In this document: in pieces, positions 54,901 to 64,000 of the stretch
How the letters are laid out: each line of letters starts with the position of its first letter
Numbering within the stretch: the first letter of the stretch is position 1
NCBI GenBank assembly: GCA_000004695.1
Contig: CM000155.2
Coordinates: forward strand, 544,001-608,000
Reading direction: 5' to 3'
DNA length: 64,000 nt
DNA from: Dictyostelium discoideum
Taxonomy: Eukaryota
Program-made: the position numbers and the translations under genes
The notes under the pieces: model-generated
What the model saw: the letters and a program-made list of their open reading frames with translations, nothing else
The model's database searches: none
What the model was told of the DNA's origin: nothing

Positions 54901-54979
54901 CTTATTTAAAAACAGTAATCAAAGATTACTTAAAAAATTTGATTTTTTATTTAATTCAGTAAATATAAAAAAAGAATAA
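51950..54979 (+). CDS. Truncated PKS-like gene of 1009 aa. It is homologous to the DH-cMT-(ER deleted)-KR segment of type I PKS and lacks KS, AT, ER and ACP. It is probably a relic or pseudogene, but the ORF is still uninterrupted.
   Basis: It aligns to PKS 1874..9580 over its length. EVIKPILNEKILFRILDFQGE aligns to ESIKPILNEKLVFRILEFGGG, with the SAM glycine motif lost. SIIYFIKTIDKL...YIQINQMIMKLNSKCKHVL is conserved. The KR motif ILITGQSGFVLEIYKWI and ...SSVASLFGVNSQCSYSSSCYV are present. The DH catalytic His context (GHQIKGKYYFPG) is replaced by LNGKNNYYPS. The ER block is absent and the protein ends before the ACP. Confidence 0.7.
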   Translation: MENQRIYNINLDLLKDNTLNGKNNYYPSTYLIEELIKIFQNTDLIIPIFEFKPPFIIDNELEKFYLQTEIIEINSKEYEIKFNFKDNKTNQWNQFSKGNFLLSTNNNYNFNEKEVDYIENLKSKICNFTKVSKDEFINFIDEKTGLKYNGIFNNNIKDCLIGDNCSLLVVSLEGCQNQNLFFNKPLFNIFLSGMLILVDRKCKLNFNKIEGLKYYSPNNLPKDKDQLISEIYIYSKLISSKTISSNSYSASVKVLLPDGTLLFDIDRVEYKSLTSIKPISIEPPNDHMYSVYQQPLNSLIKSPLKFKSKYQNKINDLNHFLNYQDGSTSNYNDFITIQNQIISNIVKEVIKPILNEKILFRILDFQGEINSTTIILEKINSLFGKFPNFQIDIEYTINNKNPPKNSIPIKFDKIFKENNLNNICIVIKDFNLVKDQFKNGENNIESYYDFIIISNLNLNENNLKSLLLQINQLLTPNGHLLLMEFKSKISFNKNNLEKLLIECNYCNDFVIFLDDSTPLLLIHTQKQNIQLFKNISISNDSEQILNNLLFENIIIFGNNNNIDFKLIYKNNENYKSIYQISKINEINEKLITDKSIIYFIKTIDKLLIENFNEITFEYIQINQMIMKLNSKCKHVLLAKDIKGENYLSSSVIGVSRYFDQIPQLELFTIDFDNNSIDSIYNVINELINSKINWWQKEFTIKNNEIYFEIFKKESKFINNIFKSNSYEKNHNEMITKKNYKIVEKYLGNSILITGQSGFVLEIYKWIINYSESVKNIIILSKSKLKWELELLIKKNKHINFIFKSIDVGNTNAMEETINIILKENSNIINIDSIFHFAVEYCTTPDPLEITIKNLEISNCAKTMGAINLHNQSVKRNWKLINFIMASSVASLFGVNSQCSYSSSCYVIDSLSAYRKSIGLPSICTNYGVLGEAGLCSRVQMIQDFTLKLGYEPLPANMVLGALDLQIQNQNIVPLDFILSKLNFNLFKNSNQRLLKKFDFLFNSVNIKKE

Positions 54980-55416
54980 TATATTAAATTAAACATTTTT
55001 TTAGACAAATAAATATTTTTTTTTTTATTGTCTCCAAGATAGAATATTCTGTTTTGGAGACATCTACAGTTATGAAAATTGCATTCATGTTTGATTTTTT
55101 TTTTTTTTTTTTTAGATTTTTTTTTTTTTAATCAATGTTTATCCATTAAAGGAATAGACTGTAATTAATAGGTTTATTTGTGAATTTTAAGTTAAAAAAA
55201 AACAAATAATATTTTGGTTTAAAGAAAAAATTATAATTTAATTTTTTTTTTTTGAAATGTAGCTATTTGTTTGAGATTTAGATTAGTTAAATAAATAAAA
55301 CTAAAATATAGAATTTAATTGATTTGATGAATTAGTCGAAGGATATAAAATTATAAGATATGGTTGGTACTGATTCAGGAATGCAATATACCTTACAAGT
55401 TAATTTCTTCATACAA

Positions 55417-58400
55417 TTCACTTTTTTTTTTTTTTTTTTTTTTTGATATAAATAAACTATTGTAGTATACAATTAGTATGTTATTTTTATTTATTTATTT
55501 TAGGTCGTTTAGTTTTTGTGAATTTAAAATGGTACGTTATTTTAGATTAGGTAATTAATAATTAATTGGTGGTGTAATTGTTGGAATTGATTCATTTGTG
55601 TTTATGCTCCATTCTTTTTTAAATTTTTTGATGGTTTCGGACCATTGGGTTTCTTTTTGTGAGGTTGTTTTTAATTGAGTATTGGTTAAAGTTTGATAAT
55701 GTTCTTGAATATTCCAATCTTATTAACTTGTGCCATTTTGATTTTAATATATCATAATCTAGTGTTGTGTTGTTTATTTGGTTGTCCCAATTGTCAATTG
55801 ATTGAGTTATATAGATGTCAAATAATGATTTGCATAACCATATCCATATTTGGTGAATAACTAATGAGATTATGTTCCAATATGCATGTGTTCTGACTAG
55901 ATCAAGATTTGTGTATATATAATTCCAGTTGAACCTGTATTTTTTATATTGTGCGTTTTCTGCAAAATGAAAATTAATATTGATAGTTGGATCTGGTTTA
56001 AATGCTTTGTTGTTTGTGGTTTATAATGAGTGTGTATAATTTTGTTGTTTGGTTTTTTGTTAGTGACCAGTTTTTGTTTCCATTGCAATTTTTATATATA
56101 AAATATTTTAATTTGTCGTGGTTTATGAAGTTGATTGTGTGCTGACAATTGAAAAACAAATGACCATAGGGATCATTATTCATTTCATTGTTGCAAATGG
56201 GGCAAACTTTGTTGTGTAGATGATTAATCGGAAGACATCTAGCATGGAATCTTTGCATTGTATCACGCCCTTTTGGATCTTTTAATTTTTGAATTTTGAC
56301 AAATAGTTGGTCGTATGTGTATTTCCATAATAGTTGTATTGATTGTTGGTGCGAAGTAAGAAGTAGATCTGAATATTTCTTGCCAATATAGTCTTTTGAT
56401 TTACATTGGTGATTGTTGAGTATTGTCGAGTAGATTTCTTTGAGTGTTGGTGGTAGTGGAATATTATTTGTGTTTAATGTTTGAGAGGTTTGATTTTTTA
56501 TTAATATTGGTTGTAGGATTTGAACTTTATCTTTTAGATGTCCAATTTGAGTTGCATAGTTTTCCCATTCTCTTTTGATTTTTATAAGGTATGGAGAAGA
56601 GATTGATTTGTTGATGATTTGATCCATCCAACTTATCATGTATATTGAATTATTTGCCGATTTATGCATTTGTAAAAATCTGTTGTATATCCAAATCTTT
56701 TGAGCAACTTGTCGTAATTGTATATTCCACATACCCCAACCACCTTCTTTTAATGGTTTTAATGATCTATCATAACACATCAAAGGTATTTTTGCACGTG
56801 AATGGATGGTTGATGTGTTATTTTCAATGGAATTGGCATTGAGAGTTGGTGATTCAGAATTTGTGGGAGAATTCATAAACCATGAGATTAATTTATTAAT
56901 TTGAATTTCTTCATCTTTTGTAAATTCTTCAAGGTATGATAAATATGTTATTGGTGATAGTGAGTAGGTGTTTATGATGGTTGTTTTTGTTTTTAATGTT
57001 GTGCCACTAGTTTTCCATAGTACTAATGATTTATTCAATGTTTTCATTGTTTCTGGTAATTTCCATATGTAAACCATTATGATTAAAGAAATAGCTAAGG
57101 ACTCTTTCTGATTGATCTTTTTTGGTTATTGGTATTCTTTTTGATTGTGGAGTATTGTTTATTATGTGTTTATCAGTGATTTTGTGGGGGTTGATTTCTA
57201 TTATTGCACTTTTGTCAAAATTTAATGATGATGATGTTGAAGCGCAGAAATTATCGAAATGTTTGATTGATTGTTGTTGTTGTTCGTAGTTGATGTTGTA
57301 TGTTGTAGAGTCGTCTGCAAATTGGGTAAATTTGATTTTAATTTGTGGATTGGGTGAAATTGGTAAACCAATTATTGAATTGTCTGCATTTATTGTTCTT
57401 GCTAATATTTCAATTACAATTACAAATAAAGTGGCTTGTTTTACACCTTGTTTTACACCTCTTTTAATATCGAATTTTCTGGTTGTTTTACCATTAATTG
57501 AAATTTTTGCTTGTGAGTCAGATAATAGCTTGTGGATTAAATTTATTAATTTTATTGGTATACCAATATGAATTAATGTTCTTTTAATACTATCGTGAGA
57601 GATAGAATCAAATGCTTTAAAGAAGTCAAATAGTGTGATGATACCAGGGAGGTTTTTAGATTTGAGGTAGTTGATTAAATCATTGATGTTGATGATGTTG
57701 TCTATGATGAATCTGTGGGGTACGAAACCAGTTTGGTTGTTGTTGATGATGAAAGGAAGTATTCTCAGAAGACGTGCATTGATTACTTTTGAGAGGATCT
57801 TGTAATCAGTGTTTAGAAGTGTAATGGGACGACGATTTGATATGAGTAACGGGTTGCCTTTCTTGTATATTGTGTGTATAAGACCTTCGGTGAATTCTGT
57901 TGTGATGTGGTGAGGATTTTCTAGTATATCGTTGAATAATGTAGTGAGAATTGGTTTAACTTGGTTTAAATGATTAATGTAGAATGCATTTGTAACGCCA
58001 TCTGGACCGGGTGATTTGTTGGGGTTACAGGTTTTAATTGCAGCTTCAACTTCATCTTGTATAAATGGTGAGTCTAAACCATTCCAATATTCATTTTTTA
58101 TGATGGGCCATGTGTTTAGCATGAGCTGGTGAGTAATTGGACAACATATTTGTAAGCTATATAGATTTGTGTAGAATTCAACAAACGCATTTTCAATTTG
58201 GTCGGGGTCGGATGTAATGATGTTACCATATTGGATTGATTCAATTTTTGCATCTTTTGATCTTTTGTTTAGTATTGCTGATAGATACTTGCTAGGTATT
58301 TCTCCATTTATATGTTTTTTTAATATGTTTGTGTGGTTTTGATGTAGTTTGTTTTTGTTACATATAATATTGTATTCAGCGATGCATTGTTCTTCAAGAT

Positions 58401-60700
58401 GTTTGAATTTTGCTGCTTTTTCTAATAGTATTTGTTTTGCACGTTGAGTTTGTTTGTCTTTGTTATATTGATAGTTTTTTAGAGTTTTTATAATTTTTGA
58501 TTTTACTTTTGACCAGTTTGTAAATTGATTGATTGATGTGTTATTGTGATTAGTTATTAAATGATTGATAATATTGATTGCTTCATGGTCATTTGCAGTA
58601 CCAGGTGATAATATCCATCTTTTCTTATGTTTATTTATTTGAAAAGGTGAAGAAATTGTTGTTGATATTGGATTATGATCTGATAATGAAGATGGAATTT
58701 GGTGGACTTGTGTATATATATTTTCAGGGTCTATTCTATTGTATTGAGTATATATTCTATCTAATCTGTTGCCATGTGTATGAGTTGGAGTGTTTTTAAA
58801 TTCACCTTGATCAATTAGATGGTGTTGGTATGTGTAGGATTGGATAATATCATCTAATAGTGAATTGTCGTTGTGGATACAGTTGAAATCTCCTGCGATA
58901 ATAGATACATGTTGGGATTGGTTTGGTATTGGGTTTGTTGAGTGGTTGTGGAGAAGTGTTTGTAGTGAAGTTGCATATGAATTCTTTTTGATGGTATTAT
59001 TTGATGCTGGTGCGTAAATTCCAAGAATACCAATTGGTAATTGATTTGGAAATATAACGTCTGCTAAAATAGCTCTACCATCAATTGTTGATATGTGTTT
59101 GAGTTTGAGTGTGTTTGGGTTATGGTTAATGATGATTACACCATTTCCTCGTTTGGTGACAGAGATGATGTGATCGGGAAAATCATGTTTAAGTTGTAAT
59201 GGTGATGAATTGAGTTCAGTGAGTATTGAGATTGTTGGACGAGGTGGAAGTTTTGATATAAGTAGTTGTAGTGTGTCAACAGCTTTTTGGTAGGAATTGT
59301 GTTGATTGTTTGGGTTTTCAGTGAATCCTCTACAATTCCATGTTATAAAGTTGATTTTTGAGCTCATACCTTACTAGGTTTGGCAGCACCAGTATTGACT
59401 GGTTGTGTAGTCAGGGCATTGCTGCTTCTTCTTGTATTTATTGTATTTGGAGTTGGTGCACTTGGTTTGTTTGGTTGAGATTGTAGAGGTTTTTGTGGTA
59501 CAATTGTTGGATCGGTTGGATTGCTCATTGATAATGAGTTTTTCCCGTTATTATTATTTGAAGAATCACTTTTGTGTGAAATTTCATTATTGTTTTGGGA
59601 TTGATTGTTAATATCAAGTGATTCATTTAGTATAGCTTTTGAACCACTATTTTGAAGTGAGTTATTATTGCGATTGGAATTTGCAATTTCGTTGATTGGT
59701 GGGGTGTTAATGTTGTTTTTTGGTGGTTGATTGTTTTTGTTCATGTTTGGGTTTGTGATGGCATTTTTTATAGTTGTTGCCATATCTGCATTTTTTGCAT
59801 GTTGAATTTTGTGTTTAGTGACACTACGTGTTGCAGCTTTGATATATCTTGTGATACCAGATGGTTGTTCGATCTTTTGATCAACAATGTTGTGTGTGTG
59901 ATCAATTAGATGATATGTTATAATGTAGCTTTTAAACGCAACAGCATATGAGTATGTGACAGTAAATGATTCAATTGATGTACAACTGGTGAATTTAGTG
60001 AGGTTGTTTGTAATTGCATCGTTTGCATGTTTGGGTGAGTACGTTTTAATGAATGTTTTAATGATTGCATAATCATTTGATGATATATCGAATCTATAGT
60101 TGAGTTTGTCGATATTTAGTGCAAGTTGGTTTTGAAGGTTGATTATTGAAGTTAATTTATCAACGTTGCAATTTACGAAGGCAGTTGCACCAATTATTTT
60201 GAATGCTGATGGCGACAGTATATCTTCGAAGAGTTTGTGAATGTTTTTGTGAATTTGTTGAATTCTTGTGTCATCTTTTGAGGTTAATTCTTCACGGATG
60301 TGTGGTTGATTAAAGTAACACTTAATGTTGATGGTGTTATTGTTTTTTTCTAAGAAAGAGAGTGGTCTTGTGATTGATGGAGGTGCAATGATATCTAATT
60401 GATTATCAAGTCCTTTGTTTAGTGAGAGTTGGTTTGTTGGGGTTTGTTTTTTAGGTGTGTCGATTTTTGCACTTTTATTTTTTGTTGTTGAGGTTGTGGA
60501 GGTATTATTTGTATTGGTCGTGTTGTTATCTGTATGATTTAACTGTAATTCAGTTGAGTGATCATCAGCCATTGTTGAAAAGTATATAGGACGATAGCCC
60601 TTGCTTTAATGAGCAAAAAAAGGGTAAAATTAAGAGGAATGAATGTGGCGGTGAAGATATAACAGTGATTTATTTATTATATGTATAAATTCTCGTTTAT
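55417..60700 (-). mobile_element. tRNA-gene-targeted non-LTR retrotransposon (TRE-type), about 5.3 kb. ORF1 is 59364..60572 (402 aa). ORF2 is 57031..59367 (APE endonuclease plus RT, 778 aa), continuing frameshifted into 55998..57077 (zinc-finger/C-terminal region). The 3' poly(A) is at 55417..55443. The 5' end lies between the ORF1 ATG (60572) and the tRNA-Leu 3' end (60764).
   Basis: The ORF2 N-terminus is MSSKINFITWNCRGF... (AP-endonuclease). RT motifs are present, including ...FADDSTTYN.... The C-terminal region has a Cys/His motif HARCLPINHLHNKVCPICNNEMNNDPYGHLFFNCQHT. ORF1 and ORF2 overlap by ATGA. A 27-nt T run on the plus strand gives the 3' poly(A). Internal frameshifts are inferred by comparison with the second copy at 62201+. 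Confidence 0.8.
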
Positions 60701-60763
60701 TTCTTTGTTTTTTCGGTTTTTTTTTCGTTTTTTTCGTAAAAAATATATTTCCCAAAAACAATG

Positions 60764-60843
60764 TGGAAGATGAGGGACTCGAACCCACGACCCCGGAGGA
60801 TAGAGCCTAAATCTATTGTCTTAACCATCTCGACCAATCTTCC
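60764..60843 (-). tRNA. tRNA-Leu (anticodon UAG), class II with a long variable arm.
   Basis: The minus-strand fold has a perfect acceptor GGAAGAT/ATCTTCC plus discriminator A. The D-stem is 3 bp (GTC/GAC) with a GG loop. The anticodon stem ATAGA/TCTAT carries the loop TTTAGGC. The variable arm is 11 nt, and the T-arm GTGGG-TTCGAGT-CCCTC has one T-T mismatch. Confidence 0.75.
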
Positions 60844-61107
60844 ATGTCAAGGTTAAAATTTTTTTTCGTCCAATCTTCCGTCTCAACCTTAAAATTTTTC
60901 ATTTAATTTTCAATATTATTATTATATGTTTGAATTGGCTCAATATCTTTTGATAATTCATTTAAGAAGCCCATCATATACTTGAATCAAGGTTGGAATC
61001 CAATCCTGTTGGCCTTTGGTGTAGAATTGATGATTGGACATATCGATAGAATTGAAACCAGTAAAAAGTTTTTTTTTTTTTTTTTTTGTTGACCTGGAAT
61101 GAGTGGA

Positions 61108-61150
<43 letters not shown>

Positions 61151-61591
61151 TTTAAAATATATTTTTATACACAAATAAAAATGGTAAAGAGGATTAAAAA
61201 AAAAAAAAAAAAAAAATTAAAAATGAAAAAATATTTTTTGGGGTAAAACAAGGGGTGTGAATATCTTAAAATTTTTTTTTTTTTTTTTTGCTAAAAACGA
61301 TCATTTTTACTATTATTTTTTTAATTTTATTACTTGACCGCTTGTGACACAGTAAATAGAGGTCCACAATTGTTTGTAAAGATTTTGTGCAAATTGATAT
61401 ATTCAATATTTCACTGGACAAATAATTGGTAGACCCACTGCGAACCCATGGAAGTTTTGATTTATCATGTAGTTTCATCGTCGTTAGAGTGTATAAAATG
61501 AAATCATTACTATTTTTTATACAACCTTAATTTCGAGAGTCTATGAATGATTTTAATTTTAAAAACTTCATTAAACGTTCATTGAATCAAT

Positions 61592-61592
<1 letters not shown>

Positions 61593-61688
<96 letters not shown>
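61593..61688. repeat. (GAT)n microsatellite of about 32 units, noncoding, between the two TRE copies.
   Basis: A perfect gat repeat is visible. No ORF spans it in a coding context, and the flanks are AT-rich noncoding DNA. Confidence 0.9.
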
Positions 61689-62200
61689 AGCATTATATCA
61701 TCATCATCATTAAAATTACAATCACTATTAAATAATAATAATAATGATATGTTTTCAATTTATAGTGATAAAAGAGAGAGATGATTGAACAAAAATCCTA
61801 TGAAATTTCAAAACTCAAAACAAAAAAAAATTGTGGTTGTTACTGTCATTACTTAAGCCATTACTATTAATAGTCTTTCTAATTAGTGCAAGAGTATATT
61901 CTAAATGGTTAATTCTATATAGAAACATCATTTTTTCCTTTTTAACTAGTTTAATGTAAGCCAATATTGATCATTATAAATAAAGGAACACACAATTAAT
62001 ATTATATGAATGCTGTAAAGCGTGAATCAAAACTAACTTTATTTTTTTCATTTTTTTCAGTTTTTATAATTTTCGATCGAGGAGTTTCCAACGAAAACTC
62101 TAAAATATATAAAAACAAAATAAATTATTTTAATTATTATTTTAATTATTATTGTTTAATTGTTATTCATTATTATTCTTATTATTATTAGTATTATTAA

Positions 62201-64000
62201 TTTTTTTTTTTTTTTTTTTTAATATTGGATTAACAAGATTGATATATGTCCATCTGTGTTAATACGAGTTTTTATTTAATATTTATTTATAGGCTTATCA
62301 TTTAAGCTGAAGGGTTATTTTAATCATATGAATTGATCAAAAGATATAATATTTGGGAGAGATGATTCTGGAATACAATAGTAATTAGCTGTTGTTTTTC
62401 TTAGCTTGATCGTTGAGGTGAGAAGGATCTTAGGATCTTTGAAATTATTATGGTCTTTTGCTGATAAGTTTTTCAGATCTTTTGCTTTTTTGATGTATTC
62501 TAGAGTGGCCAATTTGTGCCATTTCTTTAGAAGGGAGCTGTATGATAATGATTCATTTGTTAAAGGATCTTCACTGTATATTTGATTGCAAATCCAAATC
62601 CAAATGTTGTGGAGGATAAGGGCCATTAGGTTTCTATATGCGAATGATCTGGTTAGATCATAGTCTATTGCTTTATAGTTCCATTCAAAGTATTCTTTGT
62701 GGAATCTGTGGTTGGCGTAATCTGCATTCACTTTTTGATCTTTTTTGGCTGTCGGTGATAATTTTGGAGTTATTCTATTAATGAAATTGTTATTTTGCCT
62801 AATTCTTGTATGGTGCCAGTTTTTACCTTTGCCTGTGGTAATATAGATGAAATTTTTGAGTTTATTTATTTTTATGAATTGTTTTGTTTTCTTGCATGAG
62901 AAGAACAGGTGACCGTATGGGTCTTTGCTCATATCTTCTTTGCAGAGTGGGCATTGTTTGTTGTGAAGATAGTTTATTGGAAGGCATCTGGCATGGAATC
63001 TAAACATTGTGTCTCTTGTTTTAGGGTCTTTTATCTTCAGTATGTTGTTGAAGAGTTGATTATAGCTGTAGCCTCTTAAGTTTAGAGATGATTGGAATTC
63101 CGTTTTAGGGATGGTTGGATTTTGGTCTTGAATTGTGGTATACCATTCTGCCAGTGAAAGTGGTTGTCCATTTTCGTTTTTTATGGATGTGAGATTATTG
63201 TTGAAGATTGCTTTTTTTATTCTTATTTTGTTCCATTCGTCTAAGTTTTCTTTTAGGTATCTGGATGTGAATTTGTTTTTTTGGATCTGATATTCCCAGC
63301 TTTTGTGATGAGATGAGTTTGTTTGTTTGGTTTCTAGTGCTAGGATGAACTGGTTTATGATCCAAAGTTTCTGCGCCAGTTGTCTCAATTCTATATTCCA
63401 AATGTTCCAGCCCCCTACTTTTAGTGGGTATCTTGCTCTTTTGGTTCTCATTAAATTAATAACTTGAAATCCACTAGCATTTTTGTTGTTTGGTGCCGAT
63501 AAAAACCATTCGACTAATTTATTGATTTGGTTTAATTCCTCTTCCTTAAAGTTCTCTACATATGAATAGTAGGTTAATTTAGAGAGTGCGAATGCTTTGA
63601 GGATGTTGGTTTTGGTTTTTATTGTTGAGTCAGTGGTTTTCCATAGTACTAAGGATGATCTTATTGTGTTTAATATTTCTGGCATTTTTCTTGTTATCCC
63701 TTTACCTGTGAAGAAGTATCCCAAGTATCTTTCTGGATTTGTAGATATTGGAATTCTTTGGTTGGTATTGTCTGGGTTGCCTATAAGAATTGATGAAGAT
63801 TTGTCGATGTTTAGTTTTGAGGAAGTGGCTTTGCAAAATGAATTGAAGTGTTGTAGTACTAATTCAAGTTGTTGAGAGTCTGGGACCATTGAAGCCGAGT
63901 CGTCTGCAAAGCTTTGGAATTTCTCTCTGTGGTTGCTGTTGTTTAGAGGAAGGCCAGTAATTCGATCATCTTGTAAAATTTTTCTAGCTAAAGCCTCTAT
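62201..64000 (-). mobile_element. Second, diverged TRE-type non-LTR retrotransposon copy, comprising the 3' portion of ORF2 plus 3' UTR and poly(A). The ORF is open from the window edge to the stop at 62324, and the poly(A) is at 62201..62222.
   Basis: The minus-strand ORF of at least 559 codons contains the RT motif FADDSASM, the Cys/His motif HARCLPINYLHNKQCPLCKEDMSKDPYGHLFFSCKKT and a roughly 170-aa C-terminal extension. It is about 50-60% identical to the corresponding region of the copy at 55998-57077. A T22 run on the plus strand corresponds to the 3' poly(A). Confidence 0.8.

Noticed and set aside
56645-59909. Plus-strand ORFs inside the TRE element (56645..56842, 57290..57571, 58578..58799, 59727..59909), and 55897..56088 (-) and 63195..63401 (-) and 63597..63875 (+).
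   Set aside because: They are antisense or out-of-frame within retrotransposon ORFs. 55897..56088 is a frameshifted remnant of the ORF2 C-terminus rather than an independent gene.
60985-61005. B-box-like GGTTGGAATCCAA on the upstream side of tRNA-Leu.
   Set aside because: It has a one-base mismatch to the B-box consensus and is located upstream rather than downstream of the tRNA. I considered it as an ex-B box but the orientation and position do not fit.
60974-61478. ORFs 60974..61174 (-) and 61266..61478 (-), and a T-arm-like GGGTTCGCAGTGGGTC near 61410-61430.
   Set aside because: The ORFs are driven by A/T runs. The T-arm-like string lacks an acceptor, D-arm and anticodon arm, so it is not a tRNA. 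It is possibly element debris, but the sequence alone does not support that.

Overview
This is a 64-kb segment of a dictyostelid (Dictyostelium discoideum-like) nuclear chromosome. The evidence is roughly 78% AT, very A/T-homopolymer-rich intergenic DNA, short GTAAGT...AG introns, and coding (AAT)n and (CAA)n tracts that give poly-Asn and poly-Gln. Gene content from 5' to 3': a tandem pair of highly reducing type I iterative polyketide synthase (PKS) genes, one partial at the window start and one complete 2542-aa KS-AT-DH-cMT-ER-KR-ACP gene. Then a housekeeping block with GRWD1, a farnesylatable type-A DnaJ and EXO1. Then two multi-exon cysteine-rich secreted proteins with GPI-like C-terminal tails. 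Then a five-member tandem array of SABATH/Methyltransf_7-like SAM methyltransferase genes: two intact, one 5'-half truncated copy, two decayed pseudogenes. A captured calnexin/calreticulin-family exon fragment sits next to one pseudogene. After that come DDX55, a REX1-like exonuclease, small secreted cysteine-rich proteins, an FNIP-repeat protein, and tRNA-Val(AAC) with two downstream extra B boxes. Then WDR13, a PB1...UBA poly-Q protein and a small membrane protein. Next is a 1009-aa intact-ORF relic of a PKS (DH-cMT-KR region only, catalytic motifs degraded). Finally a retrotransposon/tRNA island: a roughly 5.3-kb tRNA-targeted non-LTR element (TRE-type) with ORF1, APE-RT ORF2 and frameshifts, located downstream of a tRNA-Leu(UAG), a (GAT)n microsatellite, and a second diverged TRE copy running off the window. 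Exon coordinates were derived by hand from the sequence and ORF track. The most interesting leads are the methyltransferase birth-and-death array with its chimeric chaperone fragment, the PKS duplicates and relic, and the tRNA/TRE/ex-B-box landscape.
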